Part shown: piece by piece, positions 1 to 8,908 of the stretch
How the letters are laid out: the number at the start of each line of letters is the position of its first letter
Position numbering within the stretch: position 1 is the first letter of the stretch
Assembly (NCBI RefSeq): GCF_004365815.1
Contig: NZ_SODD01000004.1
Span: 60,001 to 92,000 of the forward strand
Direction of reading: 5' to 3'
Source: Breznakia blatticola
GTDB lineage: Bacteria > Bacillota_I > Bacilli_A > Erysipelotrichales > Erysipelotrichaceae
DNA: 32,000 bases
Program-made: the position numbers and the translations under genes
The notes under the pieces: generated by a model
Database searches by the model: none
Seen by the model: the letters and a program-made list of their open reading frames with translations, nothing else
Told to the model about the DNA's origin: nothing

Positions 1-522
1 GAAGTAATTTCTACAATTAAAAGTAAGAATGTCACAAAACTTCTAGGTAAAGATGAAAAGCTGCTTGGTTACAATATTGAAGTTGATCACTTTGAATCCG
101 ATCAAGATGGATATCAAAAGATGACATACGATTTACTACGTTTTGTAAATGGTAGCTTACATGATGCTTTTGATGAAGAAATCATTCATGATTTCAATCC
201 ATACATTGTGGTTGGACGCGTACTTGCATGTGATGATCACCCAGATAGTGATCATTTACACGTATGTCAAGTCGATGTTGGAAAAGAAGTTGTTCAAATC
301 GTATGCGGTGCTGCCAACGTAAAAGCAAATATAAACGTTGTTGCATGTCTACCAAATGCTGTCCTTCCAGATGGCAAATTCATCACAAAAGGTAAACTTC
401 GTGGTATAAAAAGTGATGGAATGTTAGCAAGTGCCTATGAGTTAGGATTGATAGAAGAGAAGAAAAAGGGTATATTAATACTAGAAGATGAAGCTAAGGT
501 CGGCGAACCTTTCTTCAAGTAG
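1..522 (+). CDS. ytpR: YtpR-like tRNA-binding OB-fold protein (5' end lies upstream of the window)
   Basis: Frame 1 is open from nt 1, with no stop before the ATG at 121 used by the ORF track. The C-terminal part (VGRV..HPDSDHLHVCQVDVG..VQIVCGAANV..GIKSDGML) is the CsaA/EMAP-type tRNA-binding domain. The protein is collinear with B. subtilis YtpR and lies upstream of murC as in Bacillus. Confidence 0.75.
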   Translation, partial: EVISTIKSKNVTKLLGKDEKLLGYNIEVDHFESDQDGYQKMTYDLLRFVNGSLHDAFDEEIIHDFNPYIVVGRVLACDDHPDSDHLHVCQVDVGKEVVQIVCGAANVKANINVVACLPNAVLPDGKFITKGKLRGIKSDGMLASAYELGLIEEKKKGILILEDEAKVGEPFFK

Positions 523-532
523 GAGCTAGCAT

Positions 533-1234
533 ATGTCAATTTTTGATAAAATTAAAGATGTACTTTTCACAGAAGAAACGGATGTAGAGGAAACTTTAAT
601 TCGTGATGAAGATGAAGGGGAATTCATCGAAGAAGAAAAAGAGGTAAAGGTACAAAAACCAAAACCGAAACCATTACCAAAACCAAAACCACGTTATGAA
701 GATGTTGAGGCAATTACTGAGGACATTGAACGAATTCGTGAACCAGAAAGTAAGTTAGAAAACATTTTTGATATTAAAGCAGATGAGGTAAAAAAAGAAG
801 AACCATCAATTACGAAACGTTTGCAACCAAAAATTGCAAAGGATTTTGAAATTCCTCAAGTGATTTCACCAATTACAGGTGTTACTACAGAGAAAATTGA
901 TGAAGAAGCTGAATTTGTTGCATCGAAACCACGTCGTACGAAAGATTCTTTAGGTACTGTGATTTCGCCATTTTATGGAGAAGTGGAATTAGAAGAATTC
1001 CATCAACAAGCACAAGTAGAACTTGCTGTGAATCAAATGCAAAGCGATGATGTTGAAGAAGAAGAAATCGAAAATATTTCGCTTGATCAAATTGTTGCTT
1101 CACCATATGAACAAGAAGAGGAAATGGTTCAGTTCTCACTTTTTGGTGATGATGCACCAATTCGTGACTTACAAGAAGAAGAGCAAGAACAAACACAAGA
1201 AGATACAGAAGATAATGAGGATCTTCCATTTTAG
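533..1234 (+). CDS. Hypothetical highly acidic, low-complexity protein with a (KP)n tract
   Basis: 233-aa ORF with RBS GGAG 8 nt upstream. It is very rich in E and D, carries KPKPKPLPKPKP, and has a twice-repeated VISP(I/F)xG motif. The N-terminus MSIFDKIKDVLF looks amphipathic. No family recognised. Confidence 0.6.
   Translation: MSIFDKIKDVLFTEETDVEETLIRDEDEGEFIEEEKEVKVQKPKPKPLPKPKPRYEDVEAITEDIERIREPESKLENIFDIKADEVKKEEPSITKRLQPKIAKDFEIPQVISPITGVTTEKIDEEAEFVASKPRRTKDSLGTVISPFYGEVELEEFHQQAQVELAVNQMQSDDVEEEEIENISLDQIVASPYEQEEEMVQFSLFGDDAPIRDLQEEEQEQTQEDTEDNEDLPF
656..691 (+). repeat. In-frame hexanucleotide tandem repeat (AAACCR-like x6) encoding KPKPKPLPKPKP
   Basis: Read directly: aaacca aaaccg aaacca ttacca aaacca aaacca, in the frame of the 533..1234 ORF. 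Confidence 0.8.
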
Positions 1235-1249
1235 AAAGAAGGAAACTTT

Positions 1250-2557
1250 ATGATTCATTTTATCGGTATTAAAGGGTCTGGTATGGCTTCTTTAGCTTGT
1301 ATTTTAAAAGACATGGGTGAAGAAGTTACTGGCTCTGATATTGAAAAATTTATCTTTACGGAAACAAAACTAAAGGAACATCAGATTCCTTTTTTCGCGT
1401 TTTCGAAAGAAAATATTAAAGATAACATGACAGTTATCATTGGAAATTCTTTTGATGACTCTCATGAAGAAGTGCAAGCTGCAAAAGCAAATCCAACAGT
1501 TACAACCTATCGATATGTCGAGTACTTAGGAAAATTAGTTGATGAATATCATTCGATTTGTGTTGCAGGTACGCATGGGAAAACAACAACAACTGGTATG
1601 CTTGCCCATGTTTTCGAACAAGTACAACCAACTGGATACTTGATCGGTGATGGAACCGGATATATGCCAAAAGATGCTAAGACATTTATTTTAGAATCTT
1701 GCGAGTATATGCGTAATTTCTTAAATTACCATCCAGATTATGCGATTATTTTGAATGTGGAACTTGATCATGTCGATTATTATAAAGATATGGATGACTA
1801 TGTTTTAGCATTTGAACAATTTAGTCAAAATATAAAAAAAGGACTTGCCATTTTTGGTGATGAAGCAAGTTCACGAAATTTAAAAGTTGATGTAAATCAC
1901 ATGTACTATGGACTACATGAAGATAATGATGTATATGCAAAAGATGTAGTGGAAGATGCAGATGGTGTTTCCTTTACTTGTATGGTAAATGGTGAACATT
2001 TCCATGATTTCAAACTACCGTTCTATGGTGTGCATTTACTTTATAATGCACTTGGTGTGATTAGTATTGGAGTTATGAATGGACTTGATGGGGATACACT
2101 TGAGAAAGGATTGCAAAGTTTTGCAGGAGTGGATCGCCGCTTTATCGTTGAAGAAGTAAATGATAATGTCTATATTGATGATTATGCGCATCATCCTACA
2201 GCAATTAAGATGACAATTGATGCTGCGAAACAAAAATATCCAGATAAGAAGATCGTTGCAATTTTTCAACCAGATCGATATTCACGAATTGAATATTTCT
2301 TAGATGATTTTTCTGATGCATTCAAAAAAGCAGATGCCATATATTTATGTCCTTTTCCAGAAAATGCAAAAAGAGAAGAAGGAATTACAGTTACAAATGA
2401 ATCATTTTTAGCACATGTTAAACAAGCAAAAGCATGCGATATGTCAGAGGATGCAATCCGTGAACTTGATGCACATAAACCAGCAGTTTATGTATTTATG
2501 AGTAGCAAAGATATTTACAAGTTTAAAGACCGTTTGAAAAGTTTTCAAAACGTTTGA
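1250..2557 (+). CDS. murC: UDP-N-acetylmuramate--L-alanine ligase
   Basis: N-terminus MIHFIGIKGSGMASLA, Mur ligase P-loop GTHGKTTTTGML, and DDYAHHP near the C-terminal domain. RBS aaggaa upstream. Confidence 0.95.
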   Translation: MIHFIGIKGSGMASLACILKDMGEEVTGSDIEKFIFTETKLKEHQIPFFAFSKENIKDNMTVIIGNSFDDSHEEVQAAKANPTVTTYRYVEYLGKLVDEYHSICVAGTHGKTTTTGMLAHVFEQVQPTGYLIGDGTGYMPKDAKTFILESCEYMRNFLNYHPDYAIILNVELDHVDYYKDMDDYVLAFEQFSQNIKKGLAIFGDEASSRNLKVDVNHMYYGLHEDNDVYAKDVVEDADGVSFTCMVNGEHFHDFKLPFYGVHLLYNALGVISIGVMNGLDGDTLEKGLQSFAGVDRRFIVEEVNDNVYIDDYAHHPTAIKMTIDAAKQKYPDKKIVAIFQPDRYSRIEYFLDDFSDAFKKADAIYLCPFPENAKREEGITVTNESFLAHVKQAKACDMSEDAIRELDAHKPAVYVFMSSKDIYKFKDRLKSFQNV

Positions 2558-2571
2558 AAATGCTTTCAAAA
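2531..2571. repeat. Two tandem copies of an AT-rich inverted repeat straddling the murC stop codon
   Basis: CGTTTGAAAAgTTTTCAAAA (2531-2550) is followed directly by CGTTTGAAAatgcTTTCAAAA (2551-2571). Each copy is self-complementary (TTTGAAA/TTTCAAA). The murC TGA is at 2555-2557. Confidence 0.7.
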
Positions 2572-2603
2572 TGATATAGAATACCTTATAGGAGGAATGT
2601 AAT

Positions 2604-2993
2604 ATGGGAAGTGACCAATTTATCGAAATGCTAAGCCAAGTTTCAAGCAAATTGATTCCTGTGGCAGTATTGATATTGATTATTTTCTTAATCGTATGTG
2701 TTAAGAATGTAATCGAGTCTTTAAAAACACTAAACAAAACATTAACAACAACGGAAGCGCAGGTGAAGAAACTCGATCGACCCTTACAAACGGTTGGAGA
2801 TATCTCGGACACCGTCGACCGTTTCCATATCAAAACACGCGATACGATTGATGCCGGTCTTGATGCGGCGAAAGAAGGTTTCAGCGCTGTTAAGGAAAAA
2901 GCGAAAGGCGTGAAGGTAAAACCTAGACACGCTAAATCAACTTCAGATCAAACTACAGTTGAAGTAGAGGAGGTCATTATCAATGAAGAATGA
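2604..2993 (+). CDS. Small single-pass membrane protein, YtxG/DUF948-like general-stress-type protein
   Basis: Strong RBS AGGAGG at 2591-2596. One N-terminal TM helix (LIPVAVLILIIFLIVCV) is followed by a helical L..L..TL-type segment. It occupies the position just downstream of murC, as ytxG does in B. subtilis. Confidence 0.55.
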   Translation: MGSDQFIEMLSQVSSKLIPVAVLILIIFLIVCVKNVIESLKTLNKTLTTTEAQVKKLDRPLQTVGDISDTVDRFHIKTRDTIDAGLDAAKEGFSAVKEKAKGVKVKPRHAKSTSDQTTVEVEEVIINEE

Positions 2994-3471
2994 GGAATTT
3001 AACGAGTTTGAAAATCAAACGAAATATGACATTATTCGTTTAGAAGATGAGCATAAAGATGACTCAAAAAAGAAGGAAATTATTGATAATCTTTCACAAG
3101 AATTAGAAAAAGTATTTAACAAAACAAAAGAAAAAGTAAAAGATGTTAAAGATTCTGAACAAACACAAGAATTTTTTGAAAAAGCAAAAGAACAAGTTGA
3201 AAAGATGGTTGAAGCTACTAAAAAAGCGCTTGAAGACTTCAAAGAAGACGATCGAGTTCAAGATGTTCTAAAGAAATTAAATAATACATTTGATGACGTT
3301 GTAGAGTCGATTTCTAAAAATGAGACTGTACAAAAAGTCGGACAAAGCGTGAATGATTTTATGGCACGTGACGATGTTCAAGAAAAGATTGAAACTGCAA
3401 AAGATGCAACAATTGATTTTACCCAAAAAGTTGCTGATGGAGTGAAAAATCTATTAAAGAAGAAAGGGTAA
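2983..3471 (+). CDS. Charged K/E-rich coiled-coil protein, YtxH-like
   Basis: RBS GAGGAGG lies upstream and the gene overlaps the preceding one by 11 nt. The composition is strongly helical and charged. The call rests on its position after the ytxG-like gene. Confidence 0.45.
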   Translation: MKNEEFNEFENQTKYDIIRLEDEHKDDSKKKEIIDNLSQELEKVFNKTKEKVKDVKDSEQTQEFFEKAKEQVEKMVEATKKALEDFKEDDRVQDVLKKLNNTFDDVVESISKNETVQKVGQSVNDFMARDDVQEKIETAKDATIDFTQKVADGVKNLLKKKG

Positions 3472-3490
3472 TGAAAGGTAGTAACGATAC

Positions 3491-4486
3491 ATGAAAAGAA
3501 TTACAATTTACGATGTTGCAAAAGAAGCAGACGTATCCTTAGCTACGGTGTCTCGTGTTATTAACGGCTCAGAAGTGGTACGTGAAGACACACGTCTAAA
3601 AGTTCAAGAAGCAATTGAGAAACTAGGATACAAGCCAAATGCGATTGCGCAAGGTCTTGCTTTACAAAAGACAACAACGATTGCCTTTGTGATTCCAGAA
3701 GCAAGTTTCTTCTATACTGGACAAATTATTAATGGGTTAATTGATGTTGCAAAATTATATAACTACAACATGGTATTACATACGACAACTGAAGGAATTT
3801 CAGCAACAAGTGATATCATTGAAACCATTATTAAATCACGAGTTGATGGAGTGGTGATTTTTAATGACAAGTTAAATAACGACGATATTGCAACACTAAC
3901 AAACTATGATGTTCCAATTGTTGTTATTGGAAACCGTATTTCTAACAACAATATTTGCTCGGTATATGTTGATTATGAAGCACTGATTTATGATTATGCT
4001 TCACAATTATATGAATCAGGAATTCGCAATATGGCTTTAGTTGAAGACCGTAAAAATCCTGCGATGATTGAAGAATTATACAAAGGATTAAAACGTGTAT
4101 ATGAAGAACACGGTGAAGTGTTTGAAAACTATATTACGATTCCAAAAGAATACCGCTCATCATATGAGTACTTAAAAGAATACTTCAACAACAATACACA
4201 TGAATTTGTGTTCACATACCGTGATTCACAAGCGATGGCTGTGTTAAACGTTGCCAAAGAAGTAGGAATTGATATTCCAAATGATATGCAACTTGTTTGT
4301 GTATTAGATAGTAAATATAACGTAATGGCACGTCCACAAATTTCAGGATTCAAAATTCCTGACTATGATTTAGGTGCAGTGTCAATGCGAATTATGACAA
4401 AAATGTTGCAAGATGATGAACATGACAGTTATAATAGAGAAACGGAGTTAAGCTATGTGTTTACTCCAAGACAAACAACAAAATAA
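3491..4486 (+). CDS. ccpA: LacI-family regulator, catabolite control protein A-like
   Basis: The N-terminal HTH ITIYDVAKEADVSLATVSRVINGS..V....R.KV.EAIEKLGYKPNAIAQGLA..KTTT closely resembles B. subtilis CcpA. A periplasmic-binding-fold domain follows. The gene sits between the ytxGH-like genes and tyrS. Confidence 0.7.
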   Translation: MKRITIYDVAKEADVSLATVSRVINGSEVVREDTRLKVQEAIEKLGYKPNAIAQGLALQKTTTIAFVIPEASFFYTGQIINGLIDVAKLYNYNMVLHTTTEGISATSDIIETIIKSRVDGVVIFNDKLNNDDIATLTNYDVPIVVIGNRISNNNICSVYVDYEALIYDYASQLYESGIRNMALVEDRKNPAMIEELYKGLKRVYEEHGEVFENYITIPKEYRSSYEYLKEYFNNNTHEFVFTYRDSQAMAVLNVAKEVGIDIPNDMQLVCVLDSKYNVMARPQISGFKIPDYDLGAVSMRIMTKMLQDDEHDSYNRETELSYVFTPRQTTK

Positions 4487-4503
4487 ACGTGTAGATTAGA
4501 CAA

Positions 4504-4680
4504 GAACCTAATAATGAAGCAATAGAGAAGTGGCGGTTGGTGCAAGCCATGCAAAAGAATTGGGAAATACACCTATGAGCGTTTACGCAACTCAGCGTTA
4601 AGGAGTTAAGTGCATAAGTTTACTTATGAACTAAGGTGGTACCGCGTTTATAACGTCCTTAGATGAGGGCGTTTTTTTAT
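4504..4680 (+). promoter_or_regulatory. T-box leader (tRNA-Tyr sensing) with intrinsic terminator, controlling tyrS
   Basis: AGAGA bulge at 4524-4528 and distal loop GGTTGGTGCAAG. Candidate specifier is UAC at 4568-4570, followed by A. Stem III is cataag/cttatg. T-box sequence AACTAAGGTGGTACCGCG is at 4629-4646, with UGGU at 4637-4640. The terminator is ACGTCCT (4653-4659) paired with AGGGCGT (4666-4672), followed by a T7 run. Confidence 0.9.
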
Positions 4681-4696
4681 TTTGAGGAGATATGAG

Positions 4697-5923
4697 ATGA
4701 AATTATTTGAAGAATTACAATGGCGTGGACTTATCAATGATATAAGTTCTCCAGAAATTGAAGACATGTTAAACAACAAGAGTATTACATTTTACATTGG
4801 AACAGATCCAACAGGAGATTCCTTACATATTGGACACTACTCTAGTTTTCTAATCGCAAAACGTTTGAAAGATGCAGGACATCACCCAATTTTATTAGTT
4901 GGTGGAGGGACAGGACTTATTGGGGATCCAAAACCTAATACCGAACGTCCGATGATTACCAAAGAACAATTGGATCATAACTACCGTAAACTACGCAAAC
5001 AAGTAGAAGATATCTTTGGTTTTGAAGTTGTGAATAATTATGACTGGATGAAAGATTTAAACTTCATTGATTATCTTCGTGATTATGGAAAATACTTTAA
5101 CTTGAACTATATGCTAGCTAAAGAAACTGTAAAATCAAGAATGGATATTGGTATTACATATACAGAATTTTCTTACATGATTTTACAAGCGTTAGATTTC
5201 TTACACTTATTTGATAACAAAAATACAGTATTGCAAGTTGGTGGACAAGACCAATGGGGAAACATTACTGCAGGAATTGAATTGATCCGTAAAAAGACAG
5301 GTAAAGAAGCCTTTGGGTTTACAATGCCGCTAATCACGAAAGCAGATGGTACAAAATTTGGAAAAAGTGAAGGAAAAGCAATTTGGTTAGATAAAAACCA
5401 AACATCTTCATATGAACTTTACCAATTCTTAGTTAATGCAGAAGATGAAAAAGTAATTGACTACTTAAAGAAATTAACGTTCTTAGATCGTCCAACCATT
5501 GAAGCATTAGAAGAAAAAGTAAAAACAGAACCATTCAAACGTGAAGCACAAAAAGTACTTGCTAAAGAAGTAGTTACATACTTACACGGAGAAGATGAAT
5601 ACGATAAGGCATTACGTATTACGAATGCACTATTTAAAGGAAATATTCAAGATCTTGATAAAAATGAACTTGCTGATGCAATTCGTGGATTTGATACAAT
5701 TCAAGTTAAAGAAGGAATGGATATTGTCAATTGTTTAGTAGAAAGCAATATTGCATCTAGTAAACGTGAAGCACGTGAATTTGTTAGTGGAAATTCAATT
5801 GCGATTAACGGAATTAAAGTGACAGATGTAGAATACAATGTAAATAAAGAACAATGTATTATCAATAACTACACAATTGTAAAAAAAGGAAAACGTAATT
5901 ACTACGTATTAGAGCTTATCTAA
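4697..5923 (+). CDS. tyrS: Tyrosyl-tRNA synthetase
   Basis: HIGH motif (SLHIGHY), KMSKS-type KFGKS and a C-terminal S4-like domain. I place the start at ATG 4697, 7 nt after GAGGAG (4684-4689), rather than at the TTG at 4682 in the ORF track. Confidence 0.95.
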   Translation: MKLFEELQWRGLINDISSPEIEDMLNNKSITFYIGTDPTGDSLHIGHYSSFLIAKRLKDAGHHPILLVGGGTGLIGDPKPNTERPMITKEQLDHNYRKLRKQVEDIFGFEVVNNYDWMKDLNFIDYLRDYGKYFNLNYMLAKETVKSRMDIGITYTEFSYMILQALDFLHLFDNKNTVLQVGGQDQWGNITAGIELIRKKTGKEAFGFTMPLITKADGTKFGKSEGKAIWLDKNQTSSYELYQFLVNAEDEKVIDYLKKLTFLDRPTIEALEEKVKTEPFKREAQKVLAKEVVTYLHGEDEYDKALRITNALFKGNIQDLDKNELADAIRGFDTIQVKEGMDIVNCLVESNIASSKREAREFVSGNSIAINGIKVTDVEYNVNKEQCIINNYTIVKKGKRNYYVLELI

Positions 5924-5929
5924 CAAATG

Positions 5930-5957
5930 GCGTACAGCAATGTACGTCTTTTCTTTT
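5930..5957 (+). terminator. Intrinsic terminator after tyrS
   Basis: GCGTACA (5930-5936), loop gcaa, TGTACGT (5941-5947), then CTTTTCTTTT. Confidence 0.7.
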
Positions 5958-6013
5958 CTGAAGTTTTCGTGAACAAAGACAATACCAAAATCACTTTATT
6001 CTAAGTCCAATTA

Positions 6014-6022
6014 TGGTATAAT
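6014..6022 (+). promoter_or_regulatory. Extended -10 promoter element (TGgTATAAT) for the lipoprotein/ytgP/rsuA/thyA/folA gene string
   Basis: TGGTATAAT read at 6014-6022, 15 nt upstream of the ATG at 6038. The -35 is poor. Confidence 0.45.
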
Positions 6023-6037
6023 CATCTAGAGGTAATT

Positions 6038-6574
6038 ATGCGAAAAAAAACACTCTTATGCTTGATTGCAGCCGTACTCCTTGTTAGTTGTAAAACTAGT
6101 GATGAAGCGAGTTCACAAGCAATGCAAATTTATAATGTATTTAAAGAACGAATTGTTGCCAATGCACAAAACGGTTCGGATAGTTATGATATACCCTTTA
6201 ATTTCACTTTTGAAATTCATGAATTAGAAGGTGATGCTGTATCGTATACAGTGATTATTGATGAACCTAAGGTATTGATGAATCAAGTACAAATGATGGC
6301 ACTTGATCCTGAACGTACTTCAGAATCTAAAATGGAACCTTCGATCGGTATTTTTGAAGAAGAAACATATGGATTAATTCCAAATCAGGTGGATGCTAGT
6401 CGTGGCTATCCAAAAGGTTTAGCTGTGAATGGGGAAAGTGAAACAAACACATTTGATATTTATGTGATGGTTTCTTATATGGAAGAAAACCAAAGCAATG
6501 TACGAGTGTTCTTTTCCACGTCCATCATTAACGGTGAAGTTGTGTATGTAAAAGAGGTAGAGCATGAAGAATAA
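6038..6574 (+). CDS. Lipoprotein of unknown function
   Basis: Signal peptide MRKKTLLCLIAAVLLVSC with lipobox L-V-S-C. RBS gaggt upstream. Confidence 0.75.
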   Translation: MRKKTLLCLIAAVLLVSCKTSDEASSQAMQIYNVFKERIVANAQNGSDSYDIPFNFTFEIHELEGDAVSYTVIIDEPKVLMNQVQMMALDPERTSESKMEPSIGIFEEETYGLIPNQVDASRGYPKGLAVNGESETNTFDIYVMVSYMEENQSNVRVFFSTSIINGEVVYVKEVEHEE

Positions 6575-8210
6575 TAAGAAGTCATTACTCGTTGGAGGAT
6601 TAGTATCCTCTGCGGGTTTATTTATTGCGAAGTTTTTAAGTATATTTTATACAATACCATTTGATGCGATTTTAAAGTCAGCTGAATATAAAGCGGTTTA
6701 TGGGGGAGCATACGGGGTATACTCGTATGTATTAACCATTGCGCAAGCAGGTCTACCATTTGCGATTGCGACGCTTGTATCCCGTTATATGGCGCGAGAT
6801 GACTACAAGACAACATTACTTGTACGAAAAGTGTCATTTTATACAATGACTGCTTTTGGCTTTATCTGTATGTTGTTTTTACTAGTAGCATCAGGTCCAC
6901 TTGCTTCACAAATGGCTTCAAAGCCAGCACTTGTTCCATTGTATCGAAATTCACTTGTTATTTTATCACTAGCAGTGTTTATTATTCCCATACTAAGTAG
7001 TGTACGTGGATTCTATCAAGGACTAAAAGAAATTCATGTGTATTCAGCTTCGCAAATCGTCGAGCAAATCGTACGAATTTTATTTTTGCTTATCGTTAGT
7101 GGGATTGCTATTTATGTACTTGATTTTGGACGTTACTGGGCGGTCTATTTTGGTGTAATTGCGACAAGTGTTTCCGGTGTTGTGACCATTGCTTACATTA
7201 AACGAAACGACTCCAAAACTATTAAACCAGTTGTAGAATTAGCTAACCAACAAGAGAAAGAACCAGTTGATGCGAAAATTATCTTTCGTGAATTGATTAT
7301 TCTTGCAATTCCATTTTTAATTAATGCTGCTTTTGGGTATTGTGATCAATTTTTAAATATCATTGATTTTAAACCAGGACTTGAAGCATTTGGTAGACAA
7401 TCAGGTACCTTAATTAATGCGAGTATTATCGATATGTATCAAGATGCAGTACTCTATAAAGCGATGAAGTTAATTGCTATTCCAATGGTATTAGCACCAG
7501 GGTTTAGTTCAGCGATTTATCCATATATTACAGAAGCACGTGAACGCAATCAACCTAAAGTTGTAAGTAAATATGTAGTTGAATGTGTTGAGTCAGTTGT
7601 TTACATTTGCTTACCAATTTGTGTGGCCTTGGCATTATTTGCTAGACCGATTTTATACACGCTATATGGAGTAAGCGGTGAATACAGTGAATTATATGTC
7701 AATACATTGCAATGGTTTACCATTGAAGGAATTAGTGCAACGATATGTCCTATTTTTGCAAGTTTAGTTATTGCTCTAGGAAGACGTAAACAAATTATAT
7801 ATACTACGATGGTCTTTGGAGTGACAAAGCTTTTAACAAACCGTCTATTTATTTCGATGTTTGGGGTGCCAGGAATGGTGCTATCAAGCTTACTTGCATA
7901 TATTATTTTTGCTGGATTGAATATCTATATTATCCAAAAAGAATGTCAAGTGAACTGGAAATACTCATTTAGAAAGTTAATCTTTATATTAACGGGACTT
8001 GTTGGAATGTTTTTAGTTTCTATGGTATTTAACTGGACAGGATTATTAAACTACAGTGGAAATCGGATTGTATCTCTTCTATTACTTGGATTTATGGGAA
8101 TTCTTACTGTAGGTGTATATGCTGCAATTACTTTGTATTGTAATATTCCACAAAGTATTTTCCATTTTGATTTAGATGGAATTAAAAACAAGTTCAGAAG
8201 AGGTAAATGA
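6564..8210 (+). CDS. ytgP: MOP-superfamily flippase, YtgP/MurJ/SpoVB-like (putative lipid II flippase)
   Basis: Polytopic membrane protein, about 14 TM by eye. The segment SSVRGFYQGLKEIHVYSASQIVEQIVRILFLL matches the conserved YtgP/SpoVB region. It is followed by rsuA as in B. subtilis (ytgP-ytzG). Confidence 0.8.
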   Translation: MKNNKKSLLVGGLVSSAGLFIAKFLSIFYTIPFDAILKSAEYKAVYGGAYGVYSYVLTIAQAGLPFAIATLVSRYMARDDYKTTLLVRKVSFYTMTAFGFICMLFLLVASGPLASQMASKPALVPLYRNSLVILSLAVFIIPILSSVRGFYQGLKEIHVYSASQIVEQIVRILFLLIVSGIAIYVLDFGRYWAVYFGVIATSVSGVVTIAYIKRNDSKTIKPVVELANQQEKEPVDAKIIFRELIILAIPFLINAAFGYCDQFLNIIDFKPGLEAFGRQSGTLINASIIDMYQDAVLYKAMKLIAIPMVLAPGFSSAIYPYITEARERNQPKVVSKYVVECVESVVYICLPICVALALFARPILYTLYGVSGEYSELYVNTLQWFTIEGISATICPIFASLVIALGRRKQIIYTTMVFGVTKLLTNRLFISMFGVPGMVLSSLLAYIIFAGLNIYIIQKECQVNWKYSFRKLIFILTGLVGMFLVSMVFNWTGLLNYSGNRIVSLLLLGFMGILTVGVYAAITLYCNIPQSIFHFDLDGIKNKFRRGK

Positions 8211-8905
8211 TGATTCGATTAGATAAATATTTGGCGCATTTAAAATATGGAACGCGTCGTGAAGTGAAAAAAATCATACGCAGTGGAGAAGTTACTGTAA
8301 ATGGTGAAGTTGTACGAAATGATGATTATAAAATCGATGAAACAAAAGATGAAGTCATTTATGATGGCTTTATCTTAGACTATCAAGAATTCTACTACAT
8401 TATGATGAATAAACCTGATGGGTATGTTTCAAGCAATAATGATGAACTAGATCCAAGTGTTTTGCATCTAGTTTTTGAACCCTATGCCTTTGATTTACAA
8501 TGTGTTGGTCGTTTAGATGTCGACACAAAGGGATTGTTGATACTAACAAATGATGGGAAATTCAATCATGCAGTAACATCACCAAAACGTCATGTAGAAA
8601 AAGAATACGTGATGGATTTGGAACATCCACTACAAGAAGCGGATATTCAACAATTGTATGATGGTGTATGTATTGATGATGAAATAAGTAAAGCGATAAA
8701 AATAAAGCAAATTGCAGACATGCAATATGCTATGGTGATTGATGAAGGGAAATACCATCAAGTAAAACGAATGATGCATGCAGTACATAATGAAGTGCTA
8801 GGATTGAAACGCATTCGTATTGGTGATCTTTATTTAGATGAAAATTTAGATGAAGGAGAATATCGTGCATTAACAAAAGAGGAAGTAGAAATTTTAGGAG
8901 GGTAA
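8207..8905 (+). CDS. rsuA: RsuA-family rRNA pseudouridine synthase with N-terminal S4 domain
   Basis: S4 domain (RLDKYLAH....TRREVKKIIRSGEVTVNG) and catalytic motif GRLDVDTKGLLILTNDG. ATGA start/stop overlap with the upstream gene. Confidence 0.8.
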   Translation: MMIRLDKYLAHLKYGTRREVKKIIRSGEVTVNGEVVRNDDYKIDETKDEVIYDGFILDYQEFYYIMMNKPDGYVSSNNDELDPSVLHLVFEPYAFDLQCVGRLDVDTKGLLILTNDGKFNHAVTSPKRHVEKEYVMDLEHPLQEADIQQLYDGVCIDDEISKAIKIKQIADMQYAMVIDEGKYHQVKRMMHAVHNEVLGLKRIRIGDLYLDENLDEGEYRALTKEEVEILGG

Positions 8906-8908
8906 AAG

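Noticed and set aside
885-1253. A 114-aa antisense ORF (885..1229) and a 68-aa lysine-rich +frame ORF (1047..1253) inside or overlapping the acidic-protein gene.
   Set aside because: Both are expected by-products of a GAA/GAT/AAG-rich coding region read in other frames. Neither has an RBS, and both products are low-complexity. The sense ORF has the RBS and fits the operon.
2539-2553. A CodY-box-like sequence (AGTTTTCAAAACGTT) within the murC-end repeats.
   Set aside because: It has four mismatches to AATTTTCWGAAAATT, so it cannot be distinguished from chance in AT-rich DNA.
2444-2833. A 129-aa minus-strand ORF spanning the murC 3' end and the ytxG-like gene.
   Set aside because: It is antisense to two well-supported + strand genes, has no RBS or promoter, and has an odd composition. 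It is the kind of ORF that arises by chance in AT-rich DNA.
4584-4586. A second UAC in the tyrS leader as a possible specifier codon.
   Set aside because: It lies beyond the 3' strand of Stem I. UAC 4568-4570, followed by A and just after the caat/attg helix, fits the specifier-loop position better.
4682-4696. The TTG start for tyrS at 4682.
   Set aside because: The TTG overlaps the Shine-Dalgarno sequence GAGGAG (4684-4689). ATG 4697 is correctly spaced and matches the usual TyrS N-terminus (M.LFEEL.WRGL).
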